Shown here: piece by piece, positions 53,752-64,000 of the stretch
Layout: each line of letters opens with the position of its first letter
How positions within the stretch are numbered: position 1 is the first letter of the stretch
Notes under the pieces: model-generated
What the model saw: the letters and a program-made list of their open reading frames with translations, nothing else
Told to the model about the DNA's origin: nothing
Databases searched by the model: none
Position numbers and translations under genes: made by a program
From: Williopsis jadinii
Taxonomy: Eukaryota
Assembly: GCA_024346625.1 (NCBI GenBank)
Contig: AP024664.1
Coordinates: 2,046,001 to 2,110,000 of the forward strand
DNA length: 64,000 nt
Direction of reading: 5' to 3'

Positions 53752-55260
53752 ATGACACAGCACAAGAAGCAGAAAACACATAAGAACAAGCAATTGATCC
53801 TCAACTTCTTTGAGGCGCTGACTCCAAACTTGCACTCTCCAGGCCAATGGAGAAACCCAAGAGACCAGTCTAGAGACTACTACAAGGCCGAGTACTGGGT
53901 TAAGATTGCGCAAATAGCTGAACGTGGTAAGATCCATGCTTTGTTTATCGGCGATTCCCTTACAATCTATGGTGGTTACAAGTCGGAAGGTCTCGGTGGC
54001 GCCTATAACTACGAGGAGGCTGCCAGAACCGGTAACAACTTCCCGAAGAACGACCCTACAGCCTATCTCTCCGCGGTGGCCATCTCTACGAAGAACGTTT
54101 CCATGGGTATCACTTGTTCTACAATTACCGAACACCCTTACCATTTCGCAAGAAGAATCGCCACTTTGGATCATATCTCTGGCGGCAGAATTGGATGGAA
54201 CGTTGTCACTTCGCAGCTGCCATCTGCTGGTAGACAGTTGGCTCCAGACAACAAATTGCCGGAGAAGGACCTCAGATATGAAAAGGCTGATGAGTACTTA
54301 CAAGTTGTGTACGAGCTTTTGCTCTCATCCTGGAGAGATGATGGTGTTGTCTTTGATAGAGAACGTGGCGTCTTCTCCGATCCGGATTTGATTAGAGAGA
54401 TCAACTTCGATGGTAAGTTCTACAGGGTTCCAGGTCCGCAAATCACAGAGCCTACCCCTGGAAGATTACCACTGATCATTCAAGCAGGTGCATCTCCAAA
54501 GGGTAGACTTCTCGGTGCAAAGCATGCTGAGTTAATCTTCATTCCAGGAGAAGACCGTGTTGAAGCTAGAAACCAAATCATCGAAACCAAGAAGACCGCA
54601 CAAGAGCTTTACGGTAGAAACCCGGAGCACTTGAAGTTCATCACCATAGCAAAGGTTCTTGTGGGCAAGACCCACGAAGAGGCACTTGCAAAGTACGCCG
54701 AGGTTGAAAAGTACCACGATTTAGATGGTGCCCTGGTCCATGTTGGAGGCACTGGTCTTGACCTGGCCCTTTATGAGTGGGATGAGGACTTATCTCTCTC
54801 TGACGATCCAAGAATCAAACAACTCGTTGCAAGCACACAGAAGAAGAACTTTTACAAGCCAGGTGAGATTGTTACCAGACGTTACATTGCAAAGAACTAC
54901 TTCCGTGCAAACTTCTTCATCGGTTCTCCACAGGAGGTTGCTGATCAATTGCAGCAATACGTTGATGAGACCGATATTGATGGGTTCAACTTCACCAGTA
55001 TCCTACACTTCGAGAACTTTGAGGACATTGTCGACCTTTTGATTCCAGAGTTGCAAAAGAGAGGTCTTGCTCAGAAGGAGTATGCTGTGGAAGGGGGTTC
55101 CTTCAGAGAACAGTTCTACGGAACCAAGGGACACAAGTTTGTCCCAGAAGACCATTACGCCTATGGCCTTAGATGGCAAAAGGGTGAGAAGAAGGCAAGC
55201 TTTGAAAAGAGACTTGCTGAGTTGAAGGAGAAACAAAAATCGCTAGTCATCGGTTCATAA
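53752..55260 (+). CDS. Luciferase-like FMNH2-dependent monooxygenase, NtaA/DmoA/DszA family
   Basis: PGQWRNP, AERGKIHALFIGD, HPYHFARRIATLDHISGGRIGWNVVTS, IIQAGAS, IGSPQEVADQL, LIPELQKRG; first ATG 53752. Confidence 0.92.
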   Translation: MTQHKKQKTHKNKQLILNFFEALTPNLHSPGQWRNPRDQSRDYYKAEYWVKIAQIAERGKIHALFIGDSLTIYGGYKSEGLGGAYNYEEAARTGNNFPKNDPTAYLSAVAISTKNVSMGITCSTITEHPYHFARRIATLDHISGGRIGWNVVTSQLPSAGRQLAPDNKLPEKDLRYEKADEYLQVVYELLLSSWRDDGVVFDRERGVFSDPDLIREINFDGKFYRVPGPQITEPTPGRLPLIIQAGASPKGRLLGAKHAELIFIPGEDRVEARNQIIETKKTAQELYGRNPEHLKFITIAKVLVGKTHEEALAKYAEVEKYHDLDGALVHVGGTGLDLALYEWDEDLSLSDDPRIKQLVASTQKKNFYKPGEIVTRRYIAKNYFRANFFIGSPQEVADQLQQYVDETDIDGFNFTSILHFENFEDIVDLLIPELQKRGLAQKEYAVEGGSFREQFYGTKGHKFVPEDHYAYGLRWQKGEKKASFEKRLAELKEKQKSLVIGS

Positions 55261-55303
55261 GTAGTGTTAAAATAAAGCTTTTATTATACCGGATGGACGC
55301 TTT

Positions 55304-56344
55304 TTAAAGGGTACTCTTTAGGTTGCGTTGTTCTAAAAGCTGTTTCACCGTATCAAAGACCGATGTCTCAAGCGGTACGAATTCGTACCCACCCATAATC
55401 TCTTTGGTCTTAGAATTGTCAAAGTACGAGGTTGGGATCGACTTTTCACCCTCTGGTTGGCCTTTGGCAATCTTACCGTCAAGTTCGGGGAAATCCTTGT
55501 TGATGATGTCCAGAATACCCTGAAGTGTGAATCTCTCCGATGCAACGAACAATCTTTCATTGCTGATTTCTGGTCTAAGAGCGAAGCAATGGGCCTTGGC
55601 AACATCTCGTACATCAACTGCACAAAGCGAAGGTTCAGAGAAGAGATGTGTGTCTTTAGGATCGGATTTCAACAATGCTGCAATCAATCCAGATGAGGTA
55701 TTGATCTTGTCCAAGGATGCATCTTCTTCAAAGTATTGGGGACCAAAGATGTATGGCGGGGTCACAGTGTTGAGTTTGAACTTGACATCGTTGTCCTTAA
55801 CAAAGTCCCAAGCTGCTTTCTCTGCCAATTTCTTTGAAGCAACATAGGCCATGTTCTCATCCGTAACCTCGTCCCATTGGATAGGATTCCATGTAGATTC
55901 CGTGTGGATGAAGCTGGCATCACCAACTTTATCAAAATTCTGTATAGATGCCATTGACGATGTCACAACAACTTTAGACACTTGTGGAGCAAGCTTTTGA
56001 ACCGACTTTAGCATGTTCAGCGTACCATTAACAGCTGGAATGAGATAAATATCCTCCAGTGTGCCTTCAAGTCCAAAAGAAAATGGCGACGCGGTGTGTA
56101 GGACATAGTCAATGTCATCAATTGTTTCAAACACCTTATCAAAAGCACCATCCTTGGAGATATCTGGGACGATGGAATAGGTCAATGATCCATGGGGGTA
56201 TTTAGCCTTGAATCTCGCAAACAGTTTATCAGCCTGTGCCTGTGATCTGACAGTGCCAACAACCTCGAACCCTTCACTAAGGAGTTCACCAACAATATGT
56301 AATGCAACAAATCCAGAAGCTCCAGATACAAGTACTTTAGTCAT
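55304..56344 (-). CDS. Extended-SDR NADPH-dependent aldehyde reductase, Gre2/Ari1-like
   Basis: VSGASGFVA, HTASPF, PAVNGT, VVTSS, YVASKKLAEKAAW, VDVRDVA. Confidence 0.92.
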   Translation of the reverse strand: MTKVLVSGASGFVALHIVGELLSEGFEVVGTVRSQAQADKLFARFKAKYPHGSLTYSIVPDISKDGAFDKVFETIDDIDYVLHTASPFSFGLEGTLEDIYLIPAVNGTLNMLKSVQKLAPQVSKVVVTSSMASIQNFDKVGDASFIHTESTWNPIQWDEVTDENMAYVASKKLAEKAAWDFVKDNDVKFKLNTVTPPYIFGPQYFEEDASLDKINTSSGLIAALLKSDPKDTHLFSEPSLCAVDVRDVAKAHCFALRPEISNERLFVASERFTLQGILDIINKDFPELDGKIAKGQPEGEKSIPTSYFDNSKTKEIMGGYEFVPLETSVFDTVKQLLEQRNLKSTL

Positions 56345-57139
56345 GATTGAGATGGTATGAACGCGTCATAACTTGGTACTGGTCAAGAGCCGTTTTCCGT
56401 CGTTATAAATGAGAAGCTTTTCCCACCATTTGAAGGCATTGATTATACGAGCTGGTCCCAAAGAGGAAATTGTGTAACGCTTAGCTTTACCGCTTAACAT
56501 CACCAATAATACACTCGCGTTCACACCCACACACAATGACACGCTTTAGCAGCCATAGCTAACTGTGATTGATGAATTCCTCCCTGATCTCTATCTCTGC
56601 CTCGGCACATGGCTGTTTAGGCTATTCTACCCGGTGAGACACCTATCAAACATCAACCCACACAACCTCCCCCTCCCAGTGCTCAGCCAATCATGCTGCG
56701 AAATGTGTCATACTAAAACCATCGAACGATGCCGAGACGCTTCGAACAAGTAGTCGCATTAGTCAAGGCCCACTATACGTATACACCTGAGATCTTTACC
56801 GAAGAATCCATTTCCCATATACTGTCCGAATGCGGAAGTTGGACGCGTCCGAGACAGGAGAAACACATAGGCACGACAGCATCTGGAGGTCGCTTAATCA
56901 CCGACTTTATCACCAATCTCTACTGGCTGGTTAACTATCATAGATTTAACACAATCCTAGTGCCATACTTGGTAAAGTGGTATGATTCTTTATCAATGTA
57001 GTTAGGAAGGAGAAAAAAAAGGGGATAGGATAACAGAAAGAAGTTGGAACCTGGGGTATAAAAAGGGCATCCAATGACTCTGTTGAGAGATTCAGCTCAA
57101 GAGATGAGGTAAGCCAGTTCATAACTATCACGAACAACA

Positions 57140-58534
57140 ATGACATTCACAGAATCGCGCTTATTACAGGCAACCGTTACCAAGAAAAACCCTTACGTCA
57201 TTGCAGGAGACGGTATCAAAATCACAGTAAAGGACCCATACACTGGGGAGGTTTCTGAGATGATTGATGGATGCACAGGTGCTGCCGTTGGCTCACTGGG
57301 CCATGGTGACCCTGACATCCTTGAGGAGATTGTCAAAGCCTCAAAGGAATGCGTCTACTCGTTCCCATTAGCTATGACAAACGAATATGCTGAAGAGCTT
57401 GCTGATTACCTGATTGAACGCTCTCCAAAGGGCGCCTTCAAGGCTGCAATCTTTACTGGTTCCGGGTCTGAGTCCAACGACAACGCGCTGAAAATCATCT
57501 ACCAGTACCATGTTGAGAGAAACGATGCTAAGAGGGTCAAGTTCATTTCGAGACAGAAATCCTACCACGGCTATACCCTGGGGGCCATGGCCATTTCCGG
57601 TTCGAGAACCAGCCCTTTTGAACCCATCTTGCTGAGTGCAAAGCACACACCAAAAGTTGGAACAGTTTACAGATACCGTGAACAGAGAGATGGTGAAACG
57701 GAAGAGCAGTACAAAGACAGGCTCTTGGAAGAGCTGGAGGAGGCCTTTATCGCTGCAGGTCCAGATACTGTTGCGGCCTTCATCACCGAAACTGTTTCAG
57801 GTTCTACAGTCGGAACAGAACCCCCATTGCCAGGTTACTTGGAAGGCGCCCGTGCTATCTGTCACAAGTATGGGGCATTGTTCATGCTGGATGAAGTCAT
57901 GTGTGGGATGTCAAGATGTGGTGCCTTCCACGCTTGGGAGAAGTATTTGCCTCTTGATGATGAATCATCCGGTGCTGTTGGTCCAGATATCCAATCTATT
58001 GGAAAGACGCTTGGCTCGGGCTTTGTCACCATTGCAGGTGTCTTGATCTCGCCAAAGGTTAGAGACACTATTGCCAATGGATCGAACAACATCCCAGGTG
58101 CGCAGACCTATCATTCACATGCCTTTAACACCAGAATCGCTCTTGCAGTCCAGAAGAAGATTGCCAAATTGGACCTCACTGCTAATATTGAGGAAGTTGG
58201 CTCCTACATGGGTCAACTTCTGAAGGAGAAGATCCCAAATGTTTCCAAATTCTGTGGAGATGTTAGAGGCAGTGGTGGGTTCTGGAGTGTTGAGTTTGTC
58301 AAAGACAGAACCACCAAGGAGAAGTTCGCTGTTGAGGATGACTTCGCCCATATAGTTGGCCGCGTTGCCTTCAAGAATGGTCTTTCCGTCATGGCACTCT
58401 GTGGAGCTGGTGAAGTCGGCGACCATGTTACTCTTTCACCATCGTACATCATCACCAAAGCCGACGCTCAGGCTATCGTGGACTTGCTGGCCAAATCTAT
58501 TGTTGAAGCTGAGGAATTGTTCTTGAGCCAGTAA
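57140..58534 (+). CDS. PLP-dependent class III (omega-amine) aminotransferase
   Basis: GAAVGSLGHG, SGSESND, SYHGYTLGA, LDEVMCGMSRCG, PDIQSIGKTLGSG (PLP lysine), QTYHSH, DVRGSG. Confidence 0.92.
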   Translation: MTFTESRLLQATVTKKNPYVIAGDGIKITVKDPYTGEVSEMIDGCTGAAVGSLGHGDPDILEEIVKASKECVYSFPLAMTNEYAEELADYLIERSPKGAFKAAIFTGSGSESNDNALKIIYQYHVERNDAKRVKFISRQKSYHGYTLGAMAISGSRTSPFEPILLSAKHTPKVGTVYRYREQRDGETEEQYKDRLLEELEEAFIAAGPDTVAAFITETVSGSTVGTEPPLPGYLEGARAICHKYGALFMLDEVMCGMSRCGAFHAWEKYLPLDDESSGAVGPDIQSIGKTLGSGFVTIAGVLISPKVRDTIANGSNNIPGAQTYHSHAFNTRIALAVQKKIAKLDLTANIEEVGSYMGQLLKEKIPNVSKFCGDVRGSGGFWSVEFVKDRTTKEKFAVEDDFAHIVGRVAFKNGLSVMALCGAGEVGDHVTLSPSYIITKADAQAIVDLLAKSIVEAEELFLSQ

Positions 58535-58835
58535 CATCTCTCGTCTTATAGGTTGTATATAGATACAAGTTGAATCTTATTCTCTATGACTATTGTAACT
58601 ATGTGGATAATCCTCAAGCGTTACGCTTAGGTATCGGGGATTGTCGGGCTTATACAGAACAATAATCATTACGTCATCATGAACACTAATTGTTCTTCCA
58701 CCGGGGAAAATAAAAAAGGCACCCGCAAGGTTTTGGAAAACTCAACCTCGCTTACACCCCCATACCTTACGTCGAGTTGATTATTCTTGAAAGCACGCAA
58801 CAACAGAGAAAGAAGCAAACAAGACTACAAGTAGA

Positions 58836-61800
58836 ATGCAGCAGCTCACGATAGAGATATCCAACATCCACTGTGAAGACTGTGAACAGGCAATCTTGTC
58901 TTGCCTTGGTGATGTCTTCTCCTTTGCTGGCTCACCGTCATCTTCCCTTCCTCCGGTGAAAGTACAGATAACAAACGACCAGGTTGTTACAGTGACTTGT
59001 AAGGACAATACAGTGCTTCCAAGGTTGTACAAACCAGTGCTATCAAGAATTGAGCATGCCGGGCTAATAGTTGAGGAGTATGAGCTATATGACATGGCCA
59101 CAGATGTCTCATTGGTGCATCACAGACGAAGTGCATGGTCTTCTCCATGGAGCCTATTCTTTGGTGAAAGGCAAAGAGTAAGGGTACACAACCAGCACTG
59201 CTCTAAATGCCGCAATCAGGACCAAGAGGCGTCCTCTTCTACATCGACAACAGTGGCTGAAGGCACAGAATATAGAGCTGTATTTGCCCTTGCTGGCATG
59301 ACGTGCGCTTCGTGTGCCAACACTGTTACGAATTCAATTCAAGAGGTCCTCAGGAAGTATCTTCACAACGGCACTGATCCAATATGTTCTGTTGACCTTA
59401 TCAAAAGCTCAGCAGTAGCCATTATCCCAAATAAACAAGTTGCCAATATCATTATTCAGGAAGTAAAGGAAGCTGGTTATTCTGCTACCCTTGTTGAAGT
59501 CCTTCCAGTTGAAAGAGAAACCAGGTTCCGCGTGCAGGCTGCAATTGGTGGTATGACGTGTGCATCTTGCGCATCGTCTATCTCAACTGCGGTTCAAAGT
59601 TTACCGTTTTTAGAGGAACATTCAATCTCGGTGGTTTCCAAGTCTGGTGTCTTTATCCTTGATTCTGACGATCAAGACACAATTTCAAAGCTGAAGTCCG
59701 CTGTTGAAGACTGTGGGTTCGACTTTGAAGTCATTGACATATCAGAGATAAGTCATGCTAGCACAAAGAAGTTGACAAGAACTGTGAACCTAAAGATCAA
59801 AGGCATGTACTGTGAGCACTGTCCTGATGCCATTACAGAAATTCTCAAACACATCGGTGACTCCGTTGTTATAGAAGACCCTATAACACTGGAGCACCCA
59901 TTTGTCAAGCTCACATACATCCCATCACCACCGAGCCTAACAATAAGATCTGTGCTGCAAAAGATCAGAGACAAGAACTTTGAGGTGGAGATTGTGCAGG
60001 ATGTCACTCTTGATGAGCATCTACGTCGTATGGCCAAGGCAGAAACTGCAAAGATTTCAAGTAGATTGGTCCTCACCAGCATTGTTTCGATCCCGACTCT
60101 TGTTTTTGGAATGATTGGTATGTCTCTTCCACATAACAACAAGTTCAGAATGTGGTTAGATGAGCCACTCTTCGTTGGAAACGTCTCCAGAATGGACTGG
60201 ATATTGTTTATATTGGCAACACCTGTGTACTTTTTCGCAGATGACATTTTCCACAAGAAAGCAATCACTGAGATCTCAGCACTGTGGAAGCACAATGTGT
60301 CCTGGAAGAGAAGGTTCTTTAGATTTGGGAGCATGAACTTGCTGATGTCATTGGGAACCACCGTGTCTTACGTGGCCAGTATAGTTCTACTATGGATAAC
60401 TGCGCGTCAAGTTCCTTCGGAGCATGGCCATGGCTCTAGTGCTAGTTATTTTGACTCTGTGGTGTTCTTGACATTCTTCCTCCTCATTGGACGTTTATTG
60501 GAGTCCTACTCAAAGACTAAAACTGCTCAGGCAATAACGGATTTGGGAACTCTGAAACCAAGCACTGCTATTCTCCTTACAAGGGCAAAGGATGGTACGT
60601 ATGATAACGACCAAGTTGTACCAATAAATCTCTTAGAAGTTGGCGATTTCATTCGCATTGTTCCTGGTGGGTCACCTCCGGTGGATTGTATCGTCGCTCA
60701 GGGAGAAGCTCAGTTCGACGAGAGCGCATTGACAGGTGAATCCATCCCAGTTTTACACACATCTGGAGAACAAATCTTTGCAGGTACTGTGAGCAGAGGG
60801 CCTCATGCGATTATCGCTAAGCTGAGTGCTTTGGAGGGCACATCGCTACTGGACAACATCGTCAACACGGTAAGAGATGGTCAAATGAACAAGGCTCCGA
60901 TTGAAAAGTCTGCAGACGTTCTAACCAGCTACTTTGTTCCTCTGATCACGTTTCTTGCGATTTTGACCTGGATTGTTTGGTTTTCCCTCGGTTATTTTGG
61001 TTTCATTCCTGAGAGTTATAGAGATAACGAAGTTGGTGGATGGGCTGCGTGGTCTCTTGAATTTGCCATTGCTGTGTTTGTCATCGCATGTCCATGTGGA
61101 ATCGGTCTTGCTGCACCAACAGCATTATTTGTGGGTGGTGGCTTAGCAGCACAGAATGGTATACTAGCTCGAGGTGGTGGTATGGCTTTCCAGCAGGGCT
61201 CCAAAGTTAACGTGGTTTGTTTTGACAAAACAGGTACTCTTACTGTTGGTGGTGAACCAAGAATCACAAACTTTGCGCTTCATCATGATAAGTCCATCAG
61301 AACGTTTGCTCTCCAGGTTTCCAGGGATCTTGAAGTTAATTCGAGTCATCCATTGGCGAAGGCTGTTAAATCATTTGTTGATCACACTTCTAACAGGCTG
61401 GGAGTCCAGCTCTCGCAGGTGAAAGTTCCTGAGATCCATGAAATTGCAGGAAAAGGTCTTGCAGGTGAAGTCCATCTCGATTCGGCTGAACCACAGGATA
61501 GTCTGTGGAACCAGTATAAGCCAACAGCGGTGCTGCTTGGTAATGAGAGACTAATGGAAGAAAATGATGTAACCTTGTCTTCCAAGCAACAGAGGCTATT
61601 GAATGATTGGAAAGCACAGGGAAAGAGCATCGTCATTATTGCACTTCAATGTCAGAGCTTCTTCAAAACAGATGCATATGTCCCTGTTCTCCTTCTTGCT
61701 TGTCGTGATGAAATCCGCCCAGAAGCGAAGAGCGTTATTGAAGAGTTGAAGAAGAGTGGTATTCAGGTATGGATGATATCGGGTGATAATACCACTACGG

Positions 61801-62345
61801 CAACGACTATTGCCAAAGAAGTTGGTATCGACAATGTCATTGCAGAAGTTCTTCCAGAGGAGAAGGCGACAAGAATTAAGTGGATTCGAGAGACCAACCT
61901 GATAAACAATAAGCCACCTGTGATTGCTATGGTTGGTGATGGAATCAACGATGCACCGGCATTATCCACAGCCGACGTTGGTATTGCACTAGCATCAGGT
62001 TCTGATCTGGCTCTAACTTCTTCAGACTTTGTATTGTTGTCTCCTTCTCATCCTCTTGTAACTTTACTGACTCTTCTCAAGTTGAGCAAAAAGGTTTTCC
62101 TCAGAGTTTACTTCAATTTTGGTTGGGCCATCTGTTACAATGCCATTGGAATTCCTATTGCGGCTGGTATATTTTACCCGTTCAACCACGCTAGACTGTC
62201 ACCTGTGTGGGCTAGTGCTGCTATGGCACTAAGTTCTATTAGTGTTGTCTTGAGCAGTTTAGCACTTAAATGGTTTAAAAGACCCCAAGTTGTGCTCGGC
62301 TTAGAGAAGCTGGGAGACTTGGAAGCTGTTGAGCAAGATTTATAG
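58836..62345 (+). CDS. Copper-type P1B ATPase with four CxxC HMA-like domains (Crp1/CrpA-like)
   Basis: HCEDC, GMTCASC x2, GMYCEHC; TGES, CPC, DKTGT, SHP, GDGINDAP; TM signatures YN and MALSS typical of Cu+ P1B-1 pumps. Confidence 0.92.
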   Translation: MQQLTIEISNIHCEDCEQAILSCLGDVFSFAGSPSSSLPPVKVQITNDQVVTVTCKDNTVLPRLYKPVLSRIEHAGLIVEEYELYDMATDVSLVHHRRSAWSSPWSLFFGERQRVRVHNQHCSKCRNQDQEASSSTSTTVAEGTEYRAVFALAGMTCASCANTVTNSIQEVLRKYLHNGTDPICSVDLIKSSAVAIIPNKQVANIIIQEVKEAGYSATLVEVLPVERETRFRVQAAIGGMTCASCASSISTAVQSLPFLEEHSISVVSKSGVFILDSDDQDTISKLKSAVEDCGFDFEVIDISEISHASTKKLTRTVNLKIKGMYCEHCPDAITEILKHIGDSVVIEDPITLEHPFVKLTYIPSPPSLTIRSVLQKIRDKNFEVEIVQDVTLDEHLRRMAKAETAKISSRLVLTSIVSIPTLVFGMIGMSLPHNNKFRMWLDEPLFVGNVSRMDWILFILATPVYFFADDIFHKKAITEISALWKHNVSWKRRFFRFGSMNLLMSLGTTVSYVASIVLLWITARQVPSEHGHGSSASYFDSVVFLTFFLLIGRLLESYSKTKTAQAITDLGTLKPSTAILLTRAKDGTYDNDQVVPINLLEVGDFIRIVPGGSPPVDCIVAQGEAQFDESALTGESIPVLHTSGEQIFAGTVSRGPHAIIAKLSALEGTSLLDNIVNTVRDGQMNKAPIEKSADVLTSYFVPLITFLAILTWIVWFSLGYFGFIPESYRDNEVGGWAAWSLEFAIAVFVIACPCGIGLAAPTALFVGGGLAAQNGILARGGGMAFQQGSKVNVVCFDKTGTLTVGGEPRITNFALHHDKSIRTFALQVSRDLEVNSSHPLAKAVKSFVDHTSNRLGVQLSQVKVPEIHEIAGKGLAGEVHLDSAEPQDSLWNQYKPTAVLLGNERLMEENDVTLSSKQQRLLNDWKAQGKSIVIIALQCQSFFKTDAYVPVLLLACRDEIRPEAKSVIEELKKSGIQVWMISGDNTTTATTIAKEVGIDNVIAEVLPEEKATRIKWIRETNLINNKPPVIAMVGDGINDAPALSTADVGIALASGSDLALTSSDFVLLSPSHPLVTLLTLLKLSKKVFLRVYFNFGWAICYNAIGIPIAAGIFYPFNHARLSPVWASAAMALSSISVVLSSLALKWFKRPQVVLGLEKLGDLEAVEQDL

Positions 62346-64000
62346 AGTTTTCATTAAATCCATACAGTGTATGTTGCATAATTGAATAGAAGTCCTTGTC
62401 ACATAGATTGATGGTATTAATTATCCCAGTAAGATTGGTTTGTTGATGAATGCATATGAGAAACTTACCCTGGATATGCTATCGCTTGACTATGTTGGAA
62501 GCGGAACTGAAACATGTGTACCAAGTCACTTTGATCAGCGTGGAAAAGGTACTTACGCTGGACAGACTTCTTTGAAGTTTCATTTAGCAGTAGCCTCTAT
62601 GTTTCCAAAGGCTCGATTCAATGGTTGTGGAGACTCAATTTCTTGAATGGTTTATGATTGTTGCTACTTTGCCCATATCATTATTGTTTTTTGATGTCAC
62701 CTTTAGACGGAGATTCATTATCCGAACTGGAGTGAATAACACATGATAATCACCATGGTATGATTCAGAGATACCGAATTAGAAGAGCTACTATAGTGGA
62801 TGGTCCAAGACTTTGCTGGGATGTTTGGATACAGCTATCTCTTCTTGTTACTTTATTGTAGACTTTGAGATAACCAAGTCTATTGATCACCACTCACTCT
62901 GTTTTCCAAATGCTTTGCGTCGAGTCACACAATATACTGTACCCTTTCTGTACTGTGAAGTGTATGTCTTGATAGATTTAGGCTTGGGATATGTCTTGAG
63001 AAGTATGAATTGACCTTTGTTGTTACTCATTGGACCTTTTGTAGCTGAAATCATTCAGCCTTGACCACCTCCTGCTGATTCTACAAGCTACAAACAGGTA
63101 TATAACTAATTATCTATGATAGAGAGCTATACTTCTTGTACTTTAAATCCACTCTCTATGGATCAAAGCGGTTGCCATTGAACGTTGGGGAAGTAGTTGT
63201 CATTGATGCGTTGCTATGGTTTCACATTTGCTGACTGCGACCATCCGAACATCAAAATTGAGCGGGGTTGAGAAAAAACATCAACAAAGCGAAGGGGACT
63301 TTCTTATATCAACACACTCTTTCCATTGACAATTCAGGCATTGAGTCTTTGGAAGATAATGGCTTTAGGATGGAATGCTTCTTTGTACCACATAAGGTTA
63401 TTCCAATTGACTTGAAAGGCTTTGAGTGACTGTGAAAGTCACAGCAACAGCATTAGAGGAAGAGATGAGAGTTTTAAGGGTCTCAACTACTGTACAAGAA
63501 TTTGTCTTCCAATGAGAGCTTTGAAGTTTGACACGTGTATGAGAGGATCATATGGACCATCTTGATAGTCTCTTACTCAAAGGACTGGGTGAAACGCTAT
63601 CTCTCTGTCTCATGCATAAAGTATAGACATGTCTCTTTGGCTAAAGATTCTACAGCTAGGGATCAACACATCTACGTATTTGAGTTGGCATTTCCATTGG
63701 TTCTCAAGAACAACAACTTGATGAAGCGTACACAATGATCGTATAAATACCACGGTATTTCCACTTTCTGCGATTTGATGGTACTTCTTGGTATTGATTT
63801 GTATTTCGTTGTCTGTGAAACGCAAACTTGATATGGGTCGTGAAATAGCGAAGTCTTATACGACACAATTGAGAAGTCAACTACGCATCGACAATAACAC
63901 ATAAGTGAAGACATGTCTATGTTGTGTGATTGATGTGGAAGCTTTCTCATCACTCTTCACTTAGCTACACCAAGTTCCAATCAGACTTGATAATGTTCAC

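Noticed and set aside
59753..60361. Antisense/overlapping ORFs of 100-200 aa inside the Cu-ATPase, YNR1, MUD2, HAP3, TFC4 and others
   Set aside because: All lie within well-supported genes and have no family features.
58836..62345. Functional link between the Cu-ATPase and Moco/nitrate metabolism
   Set aside because: No nitrate-type motif seen in its promoter; proximity alone is insufficient.
1..64000. tRNA/rRNA genes, LTRs or intact transposons
   Set aside because: No cloverleaf with A/B boxes, rRNA signature, terminal repeats or gag/pol/transposase ORF recognised by eye; tRNAscan/Infernal would be needed to exclude them.

Overview
Eukaryotic DNA from a nitrate-assimilating budding yeast (Saccharomycotina). 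It has short spliceosomal introns with (T/C)ACTAAC-type branch points. Several gene pairs sit next to each other as they do in S. cerevisiae (recalled, not searched): SAM37/SEN15, MUD2/LHS1, ANR2/DCW1 and TFC4/UFD1. A Cyberlindnera/Wickerhamomyces-type yeast is my inference only. Bases 1-39.4 kb are compact housekeeping genes: PSG1-like, MoaC/MoaA, SAM37, SEN15, TAM41, SLP1, CLN3-like, HAP3, RRT12-like, a RING E3, MLS1, MUD2, LHS1, ANR2-like, DCW1, YJU2, BTN1, IST1, TFC4, UFD1 and a Bre4-family protein. Bases 39.5-62.4 kb are a nutrient/stress accessory block: a nitrate cluster (YNT1, YNR1, YNI1), a membrane-anchored histidine phosphatase, an NtaA/DmoA-type luciferase-like monooxygenase, a GRE2-like reductase, a class III aminotransferase and a Cu-type P1B ATPase. 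Top leads: (1) an intron laid over the MoaA stop codon whose alternative splice sites give either MoaA-GG-stop or a MoaA-MoaC fusion; (2) a shared RGCGGARAWT + GATA promoter motif linking the nitrate genes, the distant Moco gene and the phosphatase; (3) a candidate aminosulfonate (taurine-like) N/S-scavenging trio; (4) an unassigned, highly structured GC-rich element upstream of TAM41; (5) a stop-free 3n intron in the U2AF65/MUD2 gene. All family calls come from motif recognition; no database search was run.
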